Shown here: positions 48,448 to 62,854 of the stretch, one piece after another
Numbering within the stretch: the stretch's first letter is position 1
Layout: each line of letters begins with the position of its first letter
NCBI RefSeq assembly: GCF_018977255.1
Contig: NW_024704742.1
Span: 57,538,001 to 57,602,000 of the forward strand
Direction: 5' to 3'
DNA length: 64,000 nucleotides
Source of the DNA: Callorhinchus milii
Lineage: Eukaryota
Program-made: the position numbers and the translations under genes
The notes under the pieces: generated by a model
The model's database searches: none
What the model was told of the DNA's origin: nothing
Seen by the model: only the letters and a program-made list of their open reading frames with translations

Positions 48448-49584
48448 AGCTAATTTGCGCACAAATGGCCTAGAAATGAATGACCAATTTTATCTGGGTT
48501 GTTGTTGGCAAGGACATTGGGAGAAACTCCTATCTCTTTTCGTATAATGCCTTGCGATCTTTAACATTCATCTCAGCAGGCTGATAGGACTTCGGTTTAA
48601 CATCTCACCCCAAAAATGAGACCTCTGAGGAGCATTAGTGGAAACTTTACTAATTCCAATCTTGTAAGTTCTTCATCAATTCACATGCAACCCAAAAAAC
48701 AAACTCAAAAACATGCACACCACACACCTGTTTCAATGTTCAGACAATTCCTTACCCTCTGCGTGGAACCTTCCACTAATTAACACCATTTCACCATATT
48801 TACACGGCAGAATGTAATTCCATCTGTCTTGCGTGCCTCTATTTATGGCACACCACCACACAGATGGAAATCTTGGAGACTTTAATTTGTTATTCTGAAA
48901 TAATGATACCTGTTAAATATTTTGTTAAAAAAATAAGTTATTTGGGAGGAATTAATATTACATTTGTTTGGTTAGGTGCAATGTTCCATGTGGAGGGCAT
49001 TTTTAGATTGATTAAATTGTGGGGAGCAGAGATGACTGATTAAGCTATGGAGAGTTACAGTTTTACAGAGTGGTGAGGAGAAACAGCCAGCTGGAGGGAA
49101 ATCAAACTAATTGAAGGTTTTCCGTTCTCCGTTTATTATTTTACAAGATAAAAATTTAAAATTAAAAAAAATTTAAATACTGGAGGTTTTGCCTCTCGTG
49201 TTCAAATTGGGAGTACAAGTTAAATTCCAAAGACTCCAGCAAAATTTGATTGGACTGAGAGGCTGAAATTAATAAATAGAAATGTAACTTAATACTGCTA
49301 GTAACTACAACAACAACAACACCAACTTGCACTTATATAGCACCCTTCATGACGGGCGGCATCCCGGAATGCTTAACAGTCGCGGACTACTAGGGGCAGA
49401 GTGAGATTTGCTATAAGGAAATTTATGTCAGACCATGTGTTCATAAAGAAGAGCAACTTAGAAAAAAAAAGAACTGAATGTGAATATGAATCACCTCCTT
49501 TTGTAGTGAAAGTCTGTTTCTCTCTTTAACTGGTATACTGTATGTTTCACGTCATCCCATTTCCCCATCTCCATTTATCATCAT

Positions 49585-49965
49585 TATTATTAATAATTCT
49601 TACATTTCATATAATGCCTCATCACATTGTCGAGATGTCCCAAAGCACTTCACAGGATATCTTGTGTATTTTGTGGGCTAACATGGCAGCCAATTTGTGT
49701 ACAGCAGTGTCCCACAAACAGCCATGGAGTGACCAATTTTATTTGGAGGATTATTGGCATTTCAAATAGTGCCATGGGGTCTTTAATGTGCTTCTGGACA
49801 GCGAGACAGGACCTTGGTTTAACGTCTCACCTTTGACAATACAACTCTTTCCCAGCACTGAATTTGAGTAAATTCTATATGGTTTCCAAATCCCCACTTC
49901 GGGCTTGAACCCACAACCTTCTAACACATAGGAGGGGGGTGCTACCAACTAAGTCAAGCGGACAC
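49585..49965 (-). mobile_element. DeuSINE-type SINE
   Basis: tRNA head, Deu remnants, (ATT)n tail. Confidence 0.72.
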
Positions 49966-50503
49966 ATTAAAAAGTTCCATTAAAAATACAGAAAAACTAG
50001 TGATTTTTTTGGCCTGACAAAAGTATATAATTTAGCTGCAAAGTACACCCCATTATTGCACAATTAAAGGTCAACAGAATCTGTTCCAAAACAAATTCCT
50101 GCATTTACTGTGAGTATAATATTACAGGACGTTTTCAGCTGTCAAAAGAGTGTTGAAGGGTCTACCAATGCAATGTCAGATATCCGTATTCTGCAGATGG
50201 TGTGTTTCTGTTCTGCTTCATCATCATTATCTTATTTACCTGAATTTCCAGCAAGCTCTTGTATGTTGTAAAAGCACTTCACAATTTTGGTTGGGCACTG
50301 GGAGCTGAACAAGAATGGGGGTGATAAGAAAGGCAAAATAAAAGATAAAAGATCCCACAATACTACTCAAAAGGATAAGGGAATTTCTCCTGGTTTCCTG
50401 GTCAAAAATCTCCAAGGGAGTGATAGGCTTGTGGAGCCTGGCACGGGAGAGGATATGGTTCATCTGCAGCCTGTGCAGGAAAGAGCTGGGCAGTCCAGCG
50501 GGA

Positions 50504-51670
50504 ACAACAACAACAACAACAACAAGATTCCATTTATTGAGCGCCTTTCACGTCGGGAGGACGTCCCAAGGCGCTGTACAGTTGGGTCGGGACCCGAGCA
50601 GGGAGTAAATGGTCAGGGTGAGGGGAGGGAAGGGAAGGAGCGAGGAGGGGGTAGGGAGTCGAGAGGGGAGCTGAAGGCACGGTCAAAGAGAAAGGTCTTG
50701 AGACCGGCCTTGAAGGAGGAAAGGGAGGAAGCAAGGCGAAGGCACTGGGGGAAAGAGTTCCAGAGCCTCGGGGCTGAAGGCCCGGCCACCGATAGTAGGG
50801 CGGTTGGGGCGGGGGATGTGGAGCAGACAGGAGCCAGAGGAACGGAGGGTACGGGCAGGTAAGTAGGGGGATAGTAGGTCGGAGAGGTAGGAGGGAGCGA
50901 GGCCATGAATGGCCTTGTAGGTGAGGATGAGGATCTTGAATTCGATCCTCTGGGGGATGGGGAGCCGGTGGAGGCGAGCGAGGGTGGGAGTGATGTGGTC
51001 CTGGTGCGAGACAGTACACGAGCTGCAGAGTTCTGAATGACCTGCAGCTTGTGGAGGGAGGTGCCGGGAAGGCCGGCGAGAAGAGAGTTCCCATAGTCCA
51101 GCCTTGAGGTGATAAAGGCGTGGACCAGAGTTTCAGCCGCGTGAGGGGTGAGGTAGTGCCGTAGTCTGGCGATGTTCCGGAGGTGATGGAAGGCGGTGCC
51201 AGTTGTGGCGCGGATATGGGGGAGAAAGGACAGCTCAGGGTCGAACAGAACCCCAAGGTTCCTGACCGGCTTTGAGAGGTGGAGAGAGCAGCCTTGGATG
51301 CTGATGCTGTCAGCGCCTGAGGTGCGGAGGCGCTGATGTGAGCCAATCAGGAGGGCCTCAGTTTTGCGCACGTTGAGCTGGAGAAAGTTATCTCTTGTCC
51401 AGGACTCGATGTCGGACAGGCAGCTGTCAGGACATCGGTGGTCATGGAGATGAGGGTAGAGGAGGAAAGGTAGAGTTGGGTGTCATCCGCATACATGTGG
51501 AAGTTAACCCCATGTCTGCGGATGATGTCACCAAAGGGGAGCATATAGAGGGTGAAGAGGAGGGGACCGAGGACAGAGCCTTGAGGGACACCGCACGGGG
51601 CCAGAGGAAAAACCATTTGAGGAGACAAAGTGAAGACGGTGGGAGAGGTACGACCTAAACCACTCAAGGA
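50504..51670 (-). mobile_element. Young L2 LINE, 5'-truncated
   Basis: [41 protein letters not shown]; long open frames; CpGs retained. Confidence 0.92.
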
Positions 51671-52099
51671 CAGTATATGAGCCTCAGTCTTGTCGACATT
51701 CAACTGGAGAACGTTTGAGCTCATGCCATCTCTCGCTCTTATTCCATTGTCTCGCTCCCTTCCCTCCCTTCCTCTTCACTTTCAAAACCTATTGAAAACC
51801 TCTCTCTTTGACTGCTCCTCTATGTACTCCCCACTTAATTACCACATCTCCCACTCAATCTTTGAATGTACTTTGAGACTTTTCCTGTGTGAGAGGCTCT
51901 TTATTCACATACATTGCACTTTACAGTAAATCCTCCCAATGTGAAAGATGTTATGTTGAATGCAAAAATTATTATTCATCCTGCGGCTGGCGATGGAATC
52001 GGAAGGGGCTGTATTTAGGAAAAAAATGGGATTAATTATTTTTAAATTTAGATACTAATATTCATTTAATGCTGTCAATATTCCACTTTTGTGTGCTAT

Positions 52100-52428
52100 T
52101 GGTGTTAGTTTGGCTCAGTTGACAGTACTCTTGCCTCTTAAGTCAAAAGGTCAGATTCTATCACCTGTATAGGTGGATGTTAAAGATTCCATGGGAAGGA
52201 GCAGGGAATTTTCCTGATGTTCTGTTCAACAATACCCCAGATCAAATTGGTCATTAACTTTATGCATGTTTGTTGGGACATTGCTGTGTGTAAATTGGCA
52301 GCTAACAATTGTGCCACACTGCCAACAAATAGGCAGACACTACAAAATAATACAATGAAGCACTTTGAGTCACCTCAACTACGTGTTAGGGTGTTATATC
52401 AAATGCAAAGATTATTGTTAGTATTATT
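52100..52428 (+). mobile_element. DeuSINE-type SINE, internally deleted
   Basis: TGGCTCAGTTG head, AGGTGGATGTTAAAGATTCCATGG, tail. Confidence 0.7.
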
Positions 52429-52469
52429 TTGAAGGCAGATCACTTACAGCTAATTATGAGGTTCAAGAC

Positions 52470-54593
52470 CAAGTGTGGGCAATTATTTTGGCTGGTGGGC
52501 CACTTCACAAGTTTTGGTAAGCTTCGTGGGCCACACACTTAATATAGATGCAAATGCTTAATAATAGCTCAAAATCAAGTCTTACACTTGTACATACATA
52601 AAATAGTCTATATAATTGACATTCATTAAAATTAGGTTAAATAAAAACTCATTGAGCAGACATTTATTTGATATTTATTAATTTATTCACATATTGATGA
52701 GAATGTGAGAAGCTCACTCAATGGGAAGAATGAAAGCACTGATGTGTGTTAGCCAGACAATTGAAGTCAGACATCGTCTCCGTTGTTGCAATGCGGAGTA
52801 CTGCTGCAAGGTGGTCATCAGTCAGCGCAGATCTATGTTTTGATTTACTGAATTTCATCAAAGAAAATGTCTCCTCGCATATGTATGTTGATCCAAACAG
52901 CACAAGCTTCCTCCAGGCATGAGCCTTTATTTTTGGAAAGATATATTCATTAAGAGAGGCATAAAAACTGGGAAGCGGCATTGATTTGAATTGCTCCGTA
53001 AGCAATGAAACACATTGCAGGTCAATAAGCTCGAGTTGGAGGCCAAATAGGGCTTTATCAACATCAAATGAGAAAGGTGAAGAGGCAAAAGACAGGTCAC
53101 TTTTGATCAAATTGAAATCCTGGAATTGGCACGAAAATTCAGCATGTAAGTCAAGTAGTGACGAAGTATACTTTTTAAGGCTTTGATCACAAACAGTAAT
53201 CTGCTGCAGTTGGAAAATGGGAGAACAGCATGTTTCCTATCTGACGTGATAAAATAAATCATTTCCTCATAAATGACTTGACACTGCAATACAAACTGTA
53301 CACAAAGGCCCCCATCTGTTGCAATTTTGAATTCAGTTCATTCATGTGGCCCATGATATCAACGGCAAATGCAAAATCAGAGAGCCAATTCCCATCATTT
53401 AGCTGTGGGAAATCCGAATCTTTTTGTTTTATGTCCAAAAATAAATCAATCTCTGTTCTCAGTTCCCACACTCTTTTCAAGACCTTTCCTAAACTAAGCC
53501 ATCTTACATTCGTGTGATACAGAACATCTGTTTGCTCAGATTCCAATTCCTCAAGCAGAGTTACAAATTGTCTGTGGTTTAATCCTCTTGCTCGAATATA
53601 GTTGACCACTTTTGTAACTGTGTCCACGACATTGCTTAGTTTTAGAACACTCTTACAGAGGACCTCTTGGTGGATAATGCAGTGTAGAAAATCAATATTC
53701 TGTTCTGGATTTGTTTCTTTGACTTGATCTTGAATTCTTTTCAGTAACCCAACATTTTTGCCTGTCAGATTCAGGCTTCCATCGGTGGTCACATTCACCA
53801 ATTTTTTCCACTCCACTCCTAATTTTAAGATACACTTATTTACTGCCTTCAAAAAGTCTTCTCCAGTTGTCGTATCTCTCATTGATTGCATTGATGTCAA
53901 TTCTTCTGTGAGCTCAAAATGTTTGGTGATGCCTCGAATAAAAATTATCAACTGGGCTGTGTCTTTGACATCACAACTCTCATCGAGTGCCAGTGAAAAA
54001 CATGCAAAATTGCTTACTTTATTTTGTAGCTGTACATTGTTTTTATTTTCTTTATTTATTTAATTTATTTTATTTGTTTTATTTTCCACCCACACTGGTA
54101 AAAAAAATCTAGAAGTCCATTCTTTGTTGAATATTTGGCCTTCAGCATCCACTTTCCGCTTCTTTGATAAACTCATTTCGAATTAATGTCCTCTTCAGTG
54201 AAAAGTATTGCCGCGTTTGCCGCGGTTGTTTGAAAATTTGCCGCTCCGTACATTTTGGACATCAGCTGATTCAACACTTAAGGGAGCGTGCGCACAACTA
54301 GGCAGTGTGATTGGCTGATGTTCCTGGTCAGATTCAAATGCGAAATTTGTGAGACTTACCATCTCTTCTTTCCCCCTGACCCCAGCTCGGGTCTGAAATG
54401 CTGTACATTGTCCAGCGCCTTGGGACGTCCTCCCGACATGAAAGGCGCTATACAAGTGATGTAGTCTTATTGTTGTTGACTTTCTGCGATTGAACAAACT
54501 ATAATTTTTTCTATTTCTAGACACAATGACGGGCCGGATAGAATCATTTGGTAGGCCGGATATGGCCCGCTGGCAGTCTTTTGTCCACCCCTG
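52470..54593 (-). mobile_element. hAT DNA transposon (Charlie/SPIN/Buster group, GTF2IRD2-like transposase), defective
   Basis: 8-bp TSD TTCAAGAC at 52462-52469 and 54594-54601; TIRs CAAGTGTGGGCAA / CAGGGGTGGACAA; transposase motifs MSLSKKRKVD, LALDESCD, VTTDGS, HCIIHQE, RWLS, FGSTYICEETFS. Confidence 0.93.
52718..54176 (-). pseudogene. Disrupted hAT transposase ORF
   Basis: ATG at 54176, stop after ~32 codons, large internal deletion, further stop/frameshift near 53110-53260. Confidence 0.88.
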
Positions 54594-56324
54594 TTCAAGA
54601 CTATGCGATATAATGTGATTTGGCGCAACCACAGCATTAATAACAAATCTGCTTTTGGAATGCAAGTAGGTGCAGTATTTGCAACACAGCAGACAGAGAT
54701 GGCTATCTAATGACAATGAAGCCATTGACAGATGTAACCTGACACTCTCTCCAAGTAGAGAGAATTCAACTGGAGCATTCAGGTGAGGCAGGAGATTATA
54801 GCCTGGGGCCCAAAACTGCACTAAAGCTGGAGTTGGAATTTACCTCACCATTTAAATTTGTGTTTGAAACTTTTTATAAACTTTGAGATGGTATTTTATA
54901 GCACACTCTCGCACTACGTTTTTTTTCCTGTTTGTTATTTTCTTTTTCATCTGGTTTTGATTTTGAAAAAATTGGCTCCCTTTTTCTTTACTGTTGTGTG
55001 TTTTATTGATGCATCAAATTCAGCATTTTAAATGTTTCAGTCTAATGGCAAAAGTTAAAAATAAAGCTCATAACTTCATAGGAATTGGGGGAAAGAAGCA
55101 GAGAACCATCAGGGGTGAGTGAGTAATGAAAGGCAAGGCCTAATAATGGGCAAAGAGTTTTGGGATGGGTTATACTGGATACAAGGAGAATGCAAGCAAG
55201 AGTATATTAGGTACAAGAGGCAAAGGGTTTGAGGTTTGCTTAAGGGGCAAAATTGAGTGAAAAAGTCAGCATCTGCTGAAGGAAACCAAGAATGGGGTTA
55301 TTATTATTGTTGTCATTAATGGCAGCCCAACTATCGCCAGCTCTATAATACAGTAGAAGTAGTCTTGATGCCTCCTGGTGGGAAGGGGGTAAATCATTGC
55401 CTTCTCCAGTGAGTCTGCATCTGTTTCAGAAGCAACAACACTCACAAAAGAGAAATAATAAGTCCTGGTGCCATCGAGGGGGCTTTGATCACCATGCTTT
55501 CCTAGCCAGTGAGGGGCAGAGATTTCAGGCTAGAACTATACTGCTGTGCGCAATTGACTGCTAAGTTTTACCCACAATATACACATTCACTACACTTTAC
55601 AGTATATTCTGTGATGTGCTTTGAAACGTCTCGAAGATGTATAAGGCGCTGTATCAAATGCAGGGTTTATTGTACACCAACAATTAGGCAGGAACACTGT
55701 GCTTACCTTACTCAAGAGCTTGGGGATTATTTGTGACCAGAAATAAGCCTTAATTGTCTTGGAAACACTTTAGTGCCACATCTGCACACGAGTAGTTATT
55801 TTGCATATTTCTACTACCAGTTAATGTGAAGCTTTATGATCCTAATAGAGTACTTAGGCTACCTCAGAACCCGTTCCATTAAAGCTAGTTCTGCTGTACA
55901 GCATCCGATTATTTGGCGTTTCTGATTTGAATACAATAGTCACCAGATATGTTGCTCCAACTGCATTTTTATACTGAATGGGAATTAAACTTGCAAAGTG
56001 AAAAGGCATTGTTATAGCTTTTCACTCCAGGTAAAATATGTTTATTGCAACCACCTTAAAATATAATAATCGAAGCATTTGATATAGTGCATTATCCTTT
56101 CATCAAAATGTCTCAAAGCGCTTCACAGGATTTTACTGAGAAGTGCAGGGATTGTGTATTTGTAGATGAAGATGGCAGACAATTTCCACACAGCAATGTC
56201 CCACAAAACAGCCATGAAGTGAGTGACCAATTTTATCTGGAGGGTTGCTGACCAGGACACCAGGAGAAACTACTTTGTCTTTCGGGATGATCCATGTGAT
56301 TTTTAAAGACCACCTGAACAGGCA

Positions 56325-56702
56325 AATAATAATAATAATCCTTGCATTTGTTATAGCTCTTTATCACTTGTTCGAGACGTCTCAAAGCGCTTCACTGAAT
56401 ATACTGTAAAGTGAATTGACTACACTTTGTGGACAAAACATGGCAGCCTATTATGGACAGCAGTGTCCCATAAACAGTTGTGGTTTGAAGTGACCAATTT
56501 ATGATTATTATTATTTTGCAGGAATTATTACCTCTGGAAAAGCGATTTGCTAATCGACTAACAACCAGGTTCCTACATACTGCTAGGTAAACAGAGGCGT
56601 GTGGAGTAAGGAAACTTGCCAAACATTTCGCCCTGATGGGAATCAAATCCATGTCTCTTGCTTGCGAGGTGAGTGCTCTAACCACTGAGCTACAGGACTC
56701 CA
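56325..56702 (-). mobile_element. tRNA SINE, long subfamily, full length
   Basis: Head, central segment and tail all present. Confidence 0.88.
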
Positions 56703-58147
56703 CAATCTCCAAACGAACCTCAGTTGAGGGGGAGGCATCTTCGACAATGCAGTATTCCCCAACACTGGAGTATCAGCTTAGACTATGGGTTCAAAGTGCT
56801 GACTTGGACTTGTTACCACAATTTCCTGACTCAAAAGGCACAAAATTGGGGTAACACCAGCCTATCATTGTTACTGTATATTTTTTTTACCACCTTACAC
56901 ATACAATAAGAAATATTATCTTGATCAATGTCACCAAGATATCAGTTTCTAATCTTACCATACTTTGTTGTTTAAGAAAATAAGAGCAAGGTTGGAACTA
57001 TCCGATTAGTATTACCAGTGTTCATGTGCCAAACCACATCATTATGAACAAGCTATATAGCTGGGAATGAGTACACCAGATGGTCCTGAGGCTCAAAATC
57101 CCTCATGGTTTTTGTCTACAAAAACAGTCACTACACATGACAGCAATTACTTCTGAAGCACCCTGAGACATTTACATTTTTTAGGTGTTATACAAATATA
57201 AGCTTGCTTTCTTGGCCTCATGACCTTTGTCTCTAATTTTAAATTGGCCCAGAAAATTAGAAAATGAGGCCATGAGAAGTTACAAGCCTCTGATGATAAT
57301 AATAGTAATTCTTGCATTTGATATAAAGCTCATAACATCAAAGTCTCAAAGCACTTTCATAGGTAATCGCTGTCAAGTGTGGTGGTGTGTTTGTAGGCAA
57401 AACACAACAGTCAATTTGTGCATAACAATGACCCACAAATAGCCATGAAGTAAATGATTAATTTTTCAGAAATGCTGGCCTGGGAACCAGAAGTAACTTA
57501 ATTCTCTTTTCAAATAATATCAGGGGACGTCATCTTAAAGTCTCATCTAAAAGATGGCACCTCTTGACTCATCGTTCATCATGACAAAACAAAATGAGAC
57601 AGCAATGAACAACGATTAGACAAGCTAAAGCTCTTTAGTTTTGAAAGGAGAAGTCTCAGAAGAGTCCAAAATTTTCAATGGGGCACAAAATTTTCAATGA
57701 GATTGAGAAAGTGACCCCAGAACATTATTTTCTCAGTTGCACTGACACAACAGAACAAGAGCACACAGACTTAGGGGTTGCAAAGGACAATTTCAGGACA
57801 GAAACTAGCAAGTACTATATCTTTACCCAGTGGGTAATTAACAACTGGAACAAACGAATAGAAAGGTTGGTTGAGACCAAGACCTTGCTTGATGCTCTGA
57901 CGGGAAGACATTAGAGTGGGTGAAATGAAAGGATGAGATCAAATGGGCTTCATTTGTCATTTTATAATTTCAACGTCACAATCTCCATAACTGCACTGGA
58001 GTGTTGCCTGATGTTTAAAACCATTTCAAATGCGCACAAGTCACCAATTCAATTTGAATAATTTTAACTACAGTACTTATAGTATAAACAATTAAAAGCA
58101 CATAATTATATTCCCATTGAACAATTGTGATGTAATATTTTCCATCT

Positions 58148-58778
58148 AGTGGAGTCCTGTAGCTCAGTGGTTAGAGTGCTCGTCTCTCAAGCGAGAGACT
58201 TGGGTTTGATTCCCAGCAGGGCAACACCTTGGGCAAGTTTCCTTACTCCACACGCCTAATAATAATCCCTAAAGAAAAAATAAATAAATTGGTCACTTCA
58301 ATCCACGACTGTTTGTTGGACACTGCTGTGCGCAATTTGGCTGCCGCGTCTCGCCCACAAATATACAGTCAATTCACTTTACAGTATAATTTGTGAAGTG
58401 CTTTGAGATGTCTAGAAAACGTGAAAAGCGCTATATCAAATGCAAGGATTATTATTATTATCTAGTTGCTCTGATGTTCAGAGCGAAACGTTGGACAAGT
58501 TTCATTACTCCACATGCCTCTGTTTACCTAGCAGTAAGTAGGAATCCGGTTGTTAGTCAATTGGTGAATCGCTTTTCTGGGTTAACAATTCCTTCAAAAA
58601 AAAATTTGGTCACTCAATTCACGAGTGTTTGTGGGACGCTGGTTGTGCGCAATTTGTTGCCACATTTCGCCCACAAAATATACAGTCAATTCGCTTTACA
58701 GTACATTCTGTGAAGCGCTTTGAGATGTCTCAAAGACATGGTTAGGCGCTATATCAAATGCAAGGATTATTATTATTA
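58148..58778 (+). mobile_element. Two tandem SINEs (short subfamily 58148-58460; headless long subfamily ~58482-58778)
   Basis: Two GCGCTATATCAAATGCAAGG(ATT)n tails. Confidence 0.85.
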
Positions 58779-59144
58779 ATGACTTTGACTATATGTTAAG
58801 TTTGTGGAAGAAACGAATTGTGAGAAAATAAGATGTTCTGAGGTGAATAGAGTTCAAAAGATTTAGTGACTTTGCAGATGAATCGTAGAGATGTTTAACT
58901 TTGAGAGATACCAGATGATGCTTATTTATGTAACATCTTAAATACTATAAAATAGCTATGATCTATACATGATATATATATATAAAGACGGACACACACA
59001 TAGGAAATATGATTAAATACTCAATGGAATTCCAGTACTATAGTTCACTGATATTTTGTATATGCTGGTTGACTTGCAGCATCCATCCATGCTATCAAAT
59101 CATTGGCTCAAGTGAAGAGCAGGAACCAAAAGTGTTATTGACAC

Positions 59145-60790
59145 AATACAATACAAAATTACATTTGGAAAGCGCCTTTCATGTCGGAAGGATGTCCCAA
59201 GGAGCTGAACAGTCATGGATTAGGACCCGAGCGGGGGTGGGGTGGTGGTGGGGGATTGGGACTGGTGGAGGACAGAGAGGATAGTCGGGCATGGTCGTAG
59301 AGGAGGGTCTTGAGGCGTGCCTTGAAGGAGGCAAGGGAGGGAATGAGGCAAAGGGAATGTGGGATTGAGTTCCAGAGGGTTGGGACAGAGAAGCTGAAGG
59401 CCCAACTGCCAATGTCAGGGCGACCTGGGCGGGGGACATGGAGCAGGCTGGAGCCTGCTGGTGGAGGGAGCGGACAGGTTGACATGGGGTTAGAAGGTAG
59501 GAGGGCCAAGGCCATGGAGGGCGTTAAGGTGAAGAGGAGAATTTTTAACTCGATCCCCTGAGGGATGGGAAGCCAGTGGAGCCGGGCGAGGATTAGTGTG
59601 ATGAGATCACTGGTGTGGAGAGGACACGAGCTGCAGAGTTCTGGATGATCTGCAGCTTGTGGAGGGAAGTGTTGGAGAAGGCTGACAAGCTGAGCATTTG
59701 CATTGTCGTGCCTGGTTGTAATAAAAGCATGCATGAGGGAGGCATGGCGGAGTCGGGCAATATTGCAGAGGTGGGGGAAGGCAGAGCAGGTTATGGCAGG
59801 ATATGCGGGAAAAAGGACAGTTGACGGTCGAACAAGATGCCCAGATTCCTGACTGAACTGGTGAGGTGGAGTGTACATCCTTGGATGCTCATGCTGCCAG
59901 TGCCTGCGGTGTTGAGGCGCTGGCCCGAGCCAATCAGGAGAACCTCGGTCTTGCTGACGTTCAACTGTAGAAAGTTAGCTCTCATCCAGGACTTGATGTC
60001 TGACATCAATGTCCTAGAGTCGAGGGTGGAGGCAGAGAGACAGAGTTGGGTGTCATCCGCATACATGTGGATAACAAGTTGATCCCATGTCTGCGGATGA
60101 TGTCCTAAAAGGGAGTACGTACAAGTTGAAGAGGAAAGGACCAAGAACAGACAGACCCTGAGGAACACTGCATGAGACAGTGCGGGGGTTGGAGGAGAAC
60201 CCATTTGTGGAGACAAAGTAGAGCCTGTGTGAGAGATAGGATCTGAACCATTCAAGGACAGAACCTTGAAGGTTAAGGTGAGAGGAGAGGTGGTGGAGGA
60301 AGATAGAGTGGTCCACAATGTCAAAGGCAGCAGAGAGGTCAAGGAGGATGGGGAGATAGAATGTTATTTGTCACCTTGACCGGGGCTGTTTCCGTGCTGT
60401 GGGCAGCAACTCTTTCAAGGACCTTGGAAAGGAAAGGGAGATTGGAGATAGGGCAGTAGTTAGTGAGCAAAGATGGGTCCAGGGAAGGATTTTTTTAGGA
60501 TAGGCGTGATGACAGCTGTTTTTAGGGGGGTGGTTTTGGTTCTGGGTTGACAGGGAGAGGTTGATGAGTTCCGAGAGTAAAGGGGCAAGGAGGTGGAGCC
60601 GGGAGATAAGGAGAGGGGTAGGAATGAGGTCGAAGGAGCAGGTGGTGGGCTTCATGCGGGCTATAGTGGTGGTGAGAGAAGAGGGGGAGACAAATTCGAA
60701 GGTGTGAAAGGAGGGATGGTGAGGGGTCGATGTGCCCCGACACCAGCTGGGCATAGAACAGTTCTGAACCAGGCAGAACACAAATCAAAC
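59145..60790 (-). mobile_element. L2 LINE, 5'-truncated, decayed
   Basis: [30 protein letters not shown]. Confidence 0.88.
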
Positions 60791-60824
60791 AGAGCCTTTC
60801 CTATTTTGTTACAAACAGAGTCAG

Positions 60825-61145
60825 CTTCCCATCACACAGAGGATACAGTTCAAGATCCTGGTCCTCACTATCAAAGCCCTCCATGGCCTTGCTGCCTCCT
60901 ACCCCTGCGACCTCCTAACACCCTACCATCCTGCTCGTTCTCTCCGCTCAGCGGGCTCAAGACACTTCTCAAGACCCATCTCAAGACACTTCTCTTCGAC
61001 CATGCTTTTGATCATCCCCTGCCTTCCACTCTTCCCAATCCCGATCCCCAGCTCGGGTCCGAAACACTGATTGCCCAGCGCCTTGGGACGTCCTCCTGAC
61101 GTGAACGGTTCTTTACAAATATAATTTTGATGCTGCTGTTGTTAT
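60825..61145 (+). mobile_element. L2 3' fragment
   Basis: IQFKILVLTIKALHGLAASY; L2 tail. Confidence 0.78.
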
Positions 61146-62854
61146 TCATACCCCCTCTGAGGTTAGGGGTGTCTGTTCTCTACTCAACAAACTTTGAAGT
61201 TGACTGAGACTTTATTCTATGTGAAGGGCGCAACAGTAATGCAACTAGTTGGTTTATGTTTGAAGTAAGTATGATGTGCTCGGTGAATTATTTGGCCATT
61301 TGCCACTGATCCACCAATGCCAGGTGTGCCAAATTGCCCCATGGAAGTTGAGCTCTCCTAGAGGTGACATAAGGAGTGTCTTGTTCAGGTGGCCAATCTG
61401 GTGCCAGGGTGAAAATGGCTACTCAGCACTGTTAAATTGAGCGATCCTCACTGTAGCTTACTGAAATCCCGCTGTGCAGAGAAGTCAGAGTACAGCTGGG
61501 ATCTACCTCTAATACAGTAGGTTCCTCGGTTTTCAGTTGCTTCAGGCTGCCTCTGAAAGCTGAGAACATATTCAGGAGTGCTTATCTATGATTCAAAAAA
61601 AAATGGGTCACTTAATCTACGACTGTTTGTTGGACACTGCTGTGAGCAATTGGCTGCCACATTTGATCCACAAAATATACAGTTACTCCACTTTATAATA
61701 TATTCTGTGAAGCACTTTGAGACATCTCAATGACGTAATAAGGCGCAATATCAAATCCAAGGATTATTATTATTACTATTATTATGAAGACTGGAAACAA
61801 AGAAAATTCATATCATCAATAAATATCACTGGCAAAGCAAGGAACTAAGTGCCACCAACACATACTTGCTGAGCTACAGCTTCACAACTGACTCATGGGT
61901 CATAAATAATCTTTAAATGTTTTACTTCTGAAAGCCGTACAGGAAAATGTTCTCAGTCTGGAGAGTAGTGCCCACTGCCTCTGCTTAAAAGATCTTCTGC
62001 GTTCCTCTGTGAGATTGACCCTGTTGGGCACAACACGGTTATAAGCTCTGGAAGCTCCCATGTACAATTAGGAAACATTTTCCTGCTCAATGTTCGCAGT
62101 CATGCTTGCTCATTGCAAGTCAACCTTCTCAATAGTTGAAGGATTTGTACTTCATGCATTGACACCACAGAAATCTGGGAGTACATAACAACCTGGGCTG
62201 GATTTTCTTTTTTGGTCTGCCAGATGTCTGACACATACAGAAGCCTTTCACCATGTTTAAGATAATACCAAAACTACTGAGACTTCCACATTTGTACAGA
62301 CATTTCCATTTTTCTGTAGCGAAGTTTGCCGCTGTGAGCACTGTCTACAAAGCTCCTGCCGCTTGACCCTACCCATTAAAGCTTTGATTTAGAGGGTTAA
62401 CAAGAGCAAAGTAGGAAGAATTCCAGCTTTGAGTGACTGCTCTGCTCAACCAAGTCATGTCAACAAGCCAGACTGACTGGTCCAACATCAACAGTGCTTT
62501 AAAAGTACTGTGGACCTGCCAGGTTGGCTTATCCGCAGGACTTGGAGAAGGAGAACAATCACTGGGGGGCATGGCATCTGTAACATCCATCTGAACAGGA
62601 AGTTTGGAACTTGGTATAAATCCTAATCCAAAATACAGCATTCACAACAACAGAGAGCACCCTCAGCATTGCTGTCATGCAGCTTGAATCCATAACCTTC
62701 TGAATTAGAGACTGAGGCCTGGAAAACAGCATTGCTTTGTATCCAGTTGTTCCTCCATTATCTCTTTTAACTTTCCACACATAACACAAAAATACCTTGT
62801 GATCCAATGCAAATATGGAGTTTAACTACAAAATATATATATTTTATGTATCTT

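Noticed and set aside
52718..53951. Domesticated GTF2IRD2/ZBED-like host gene
   Set aside because: Stops, frameshift and deletion together with TIRs and a TSD show a dead transposon copy
54195..54821. 208-aa ORF
   Set aside because: Chance read-through across flank, hAT terminus and nested L2 tail; no recognisable protein motif
57211..57272. Small imperfect hairpin GGCCTCAT..TCTAATTTT / AAAATTAGA..ATGAGGCC
   Set aside because: Short and interrupted; could arise by chance in AT-rich DNA
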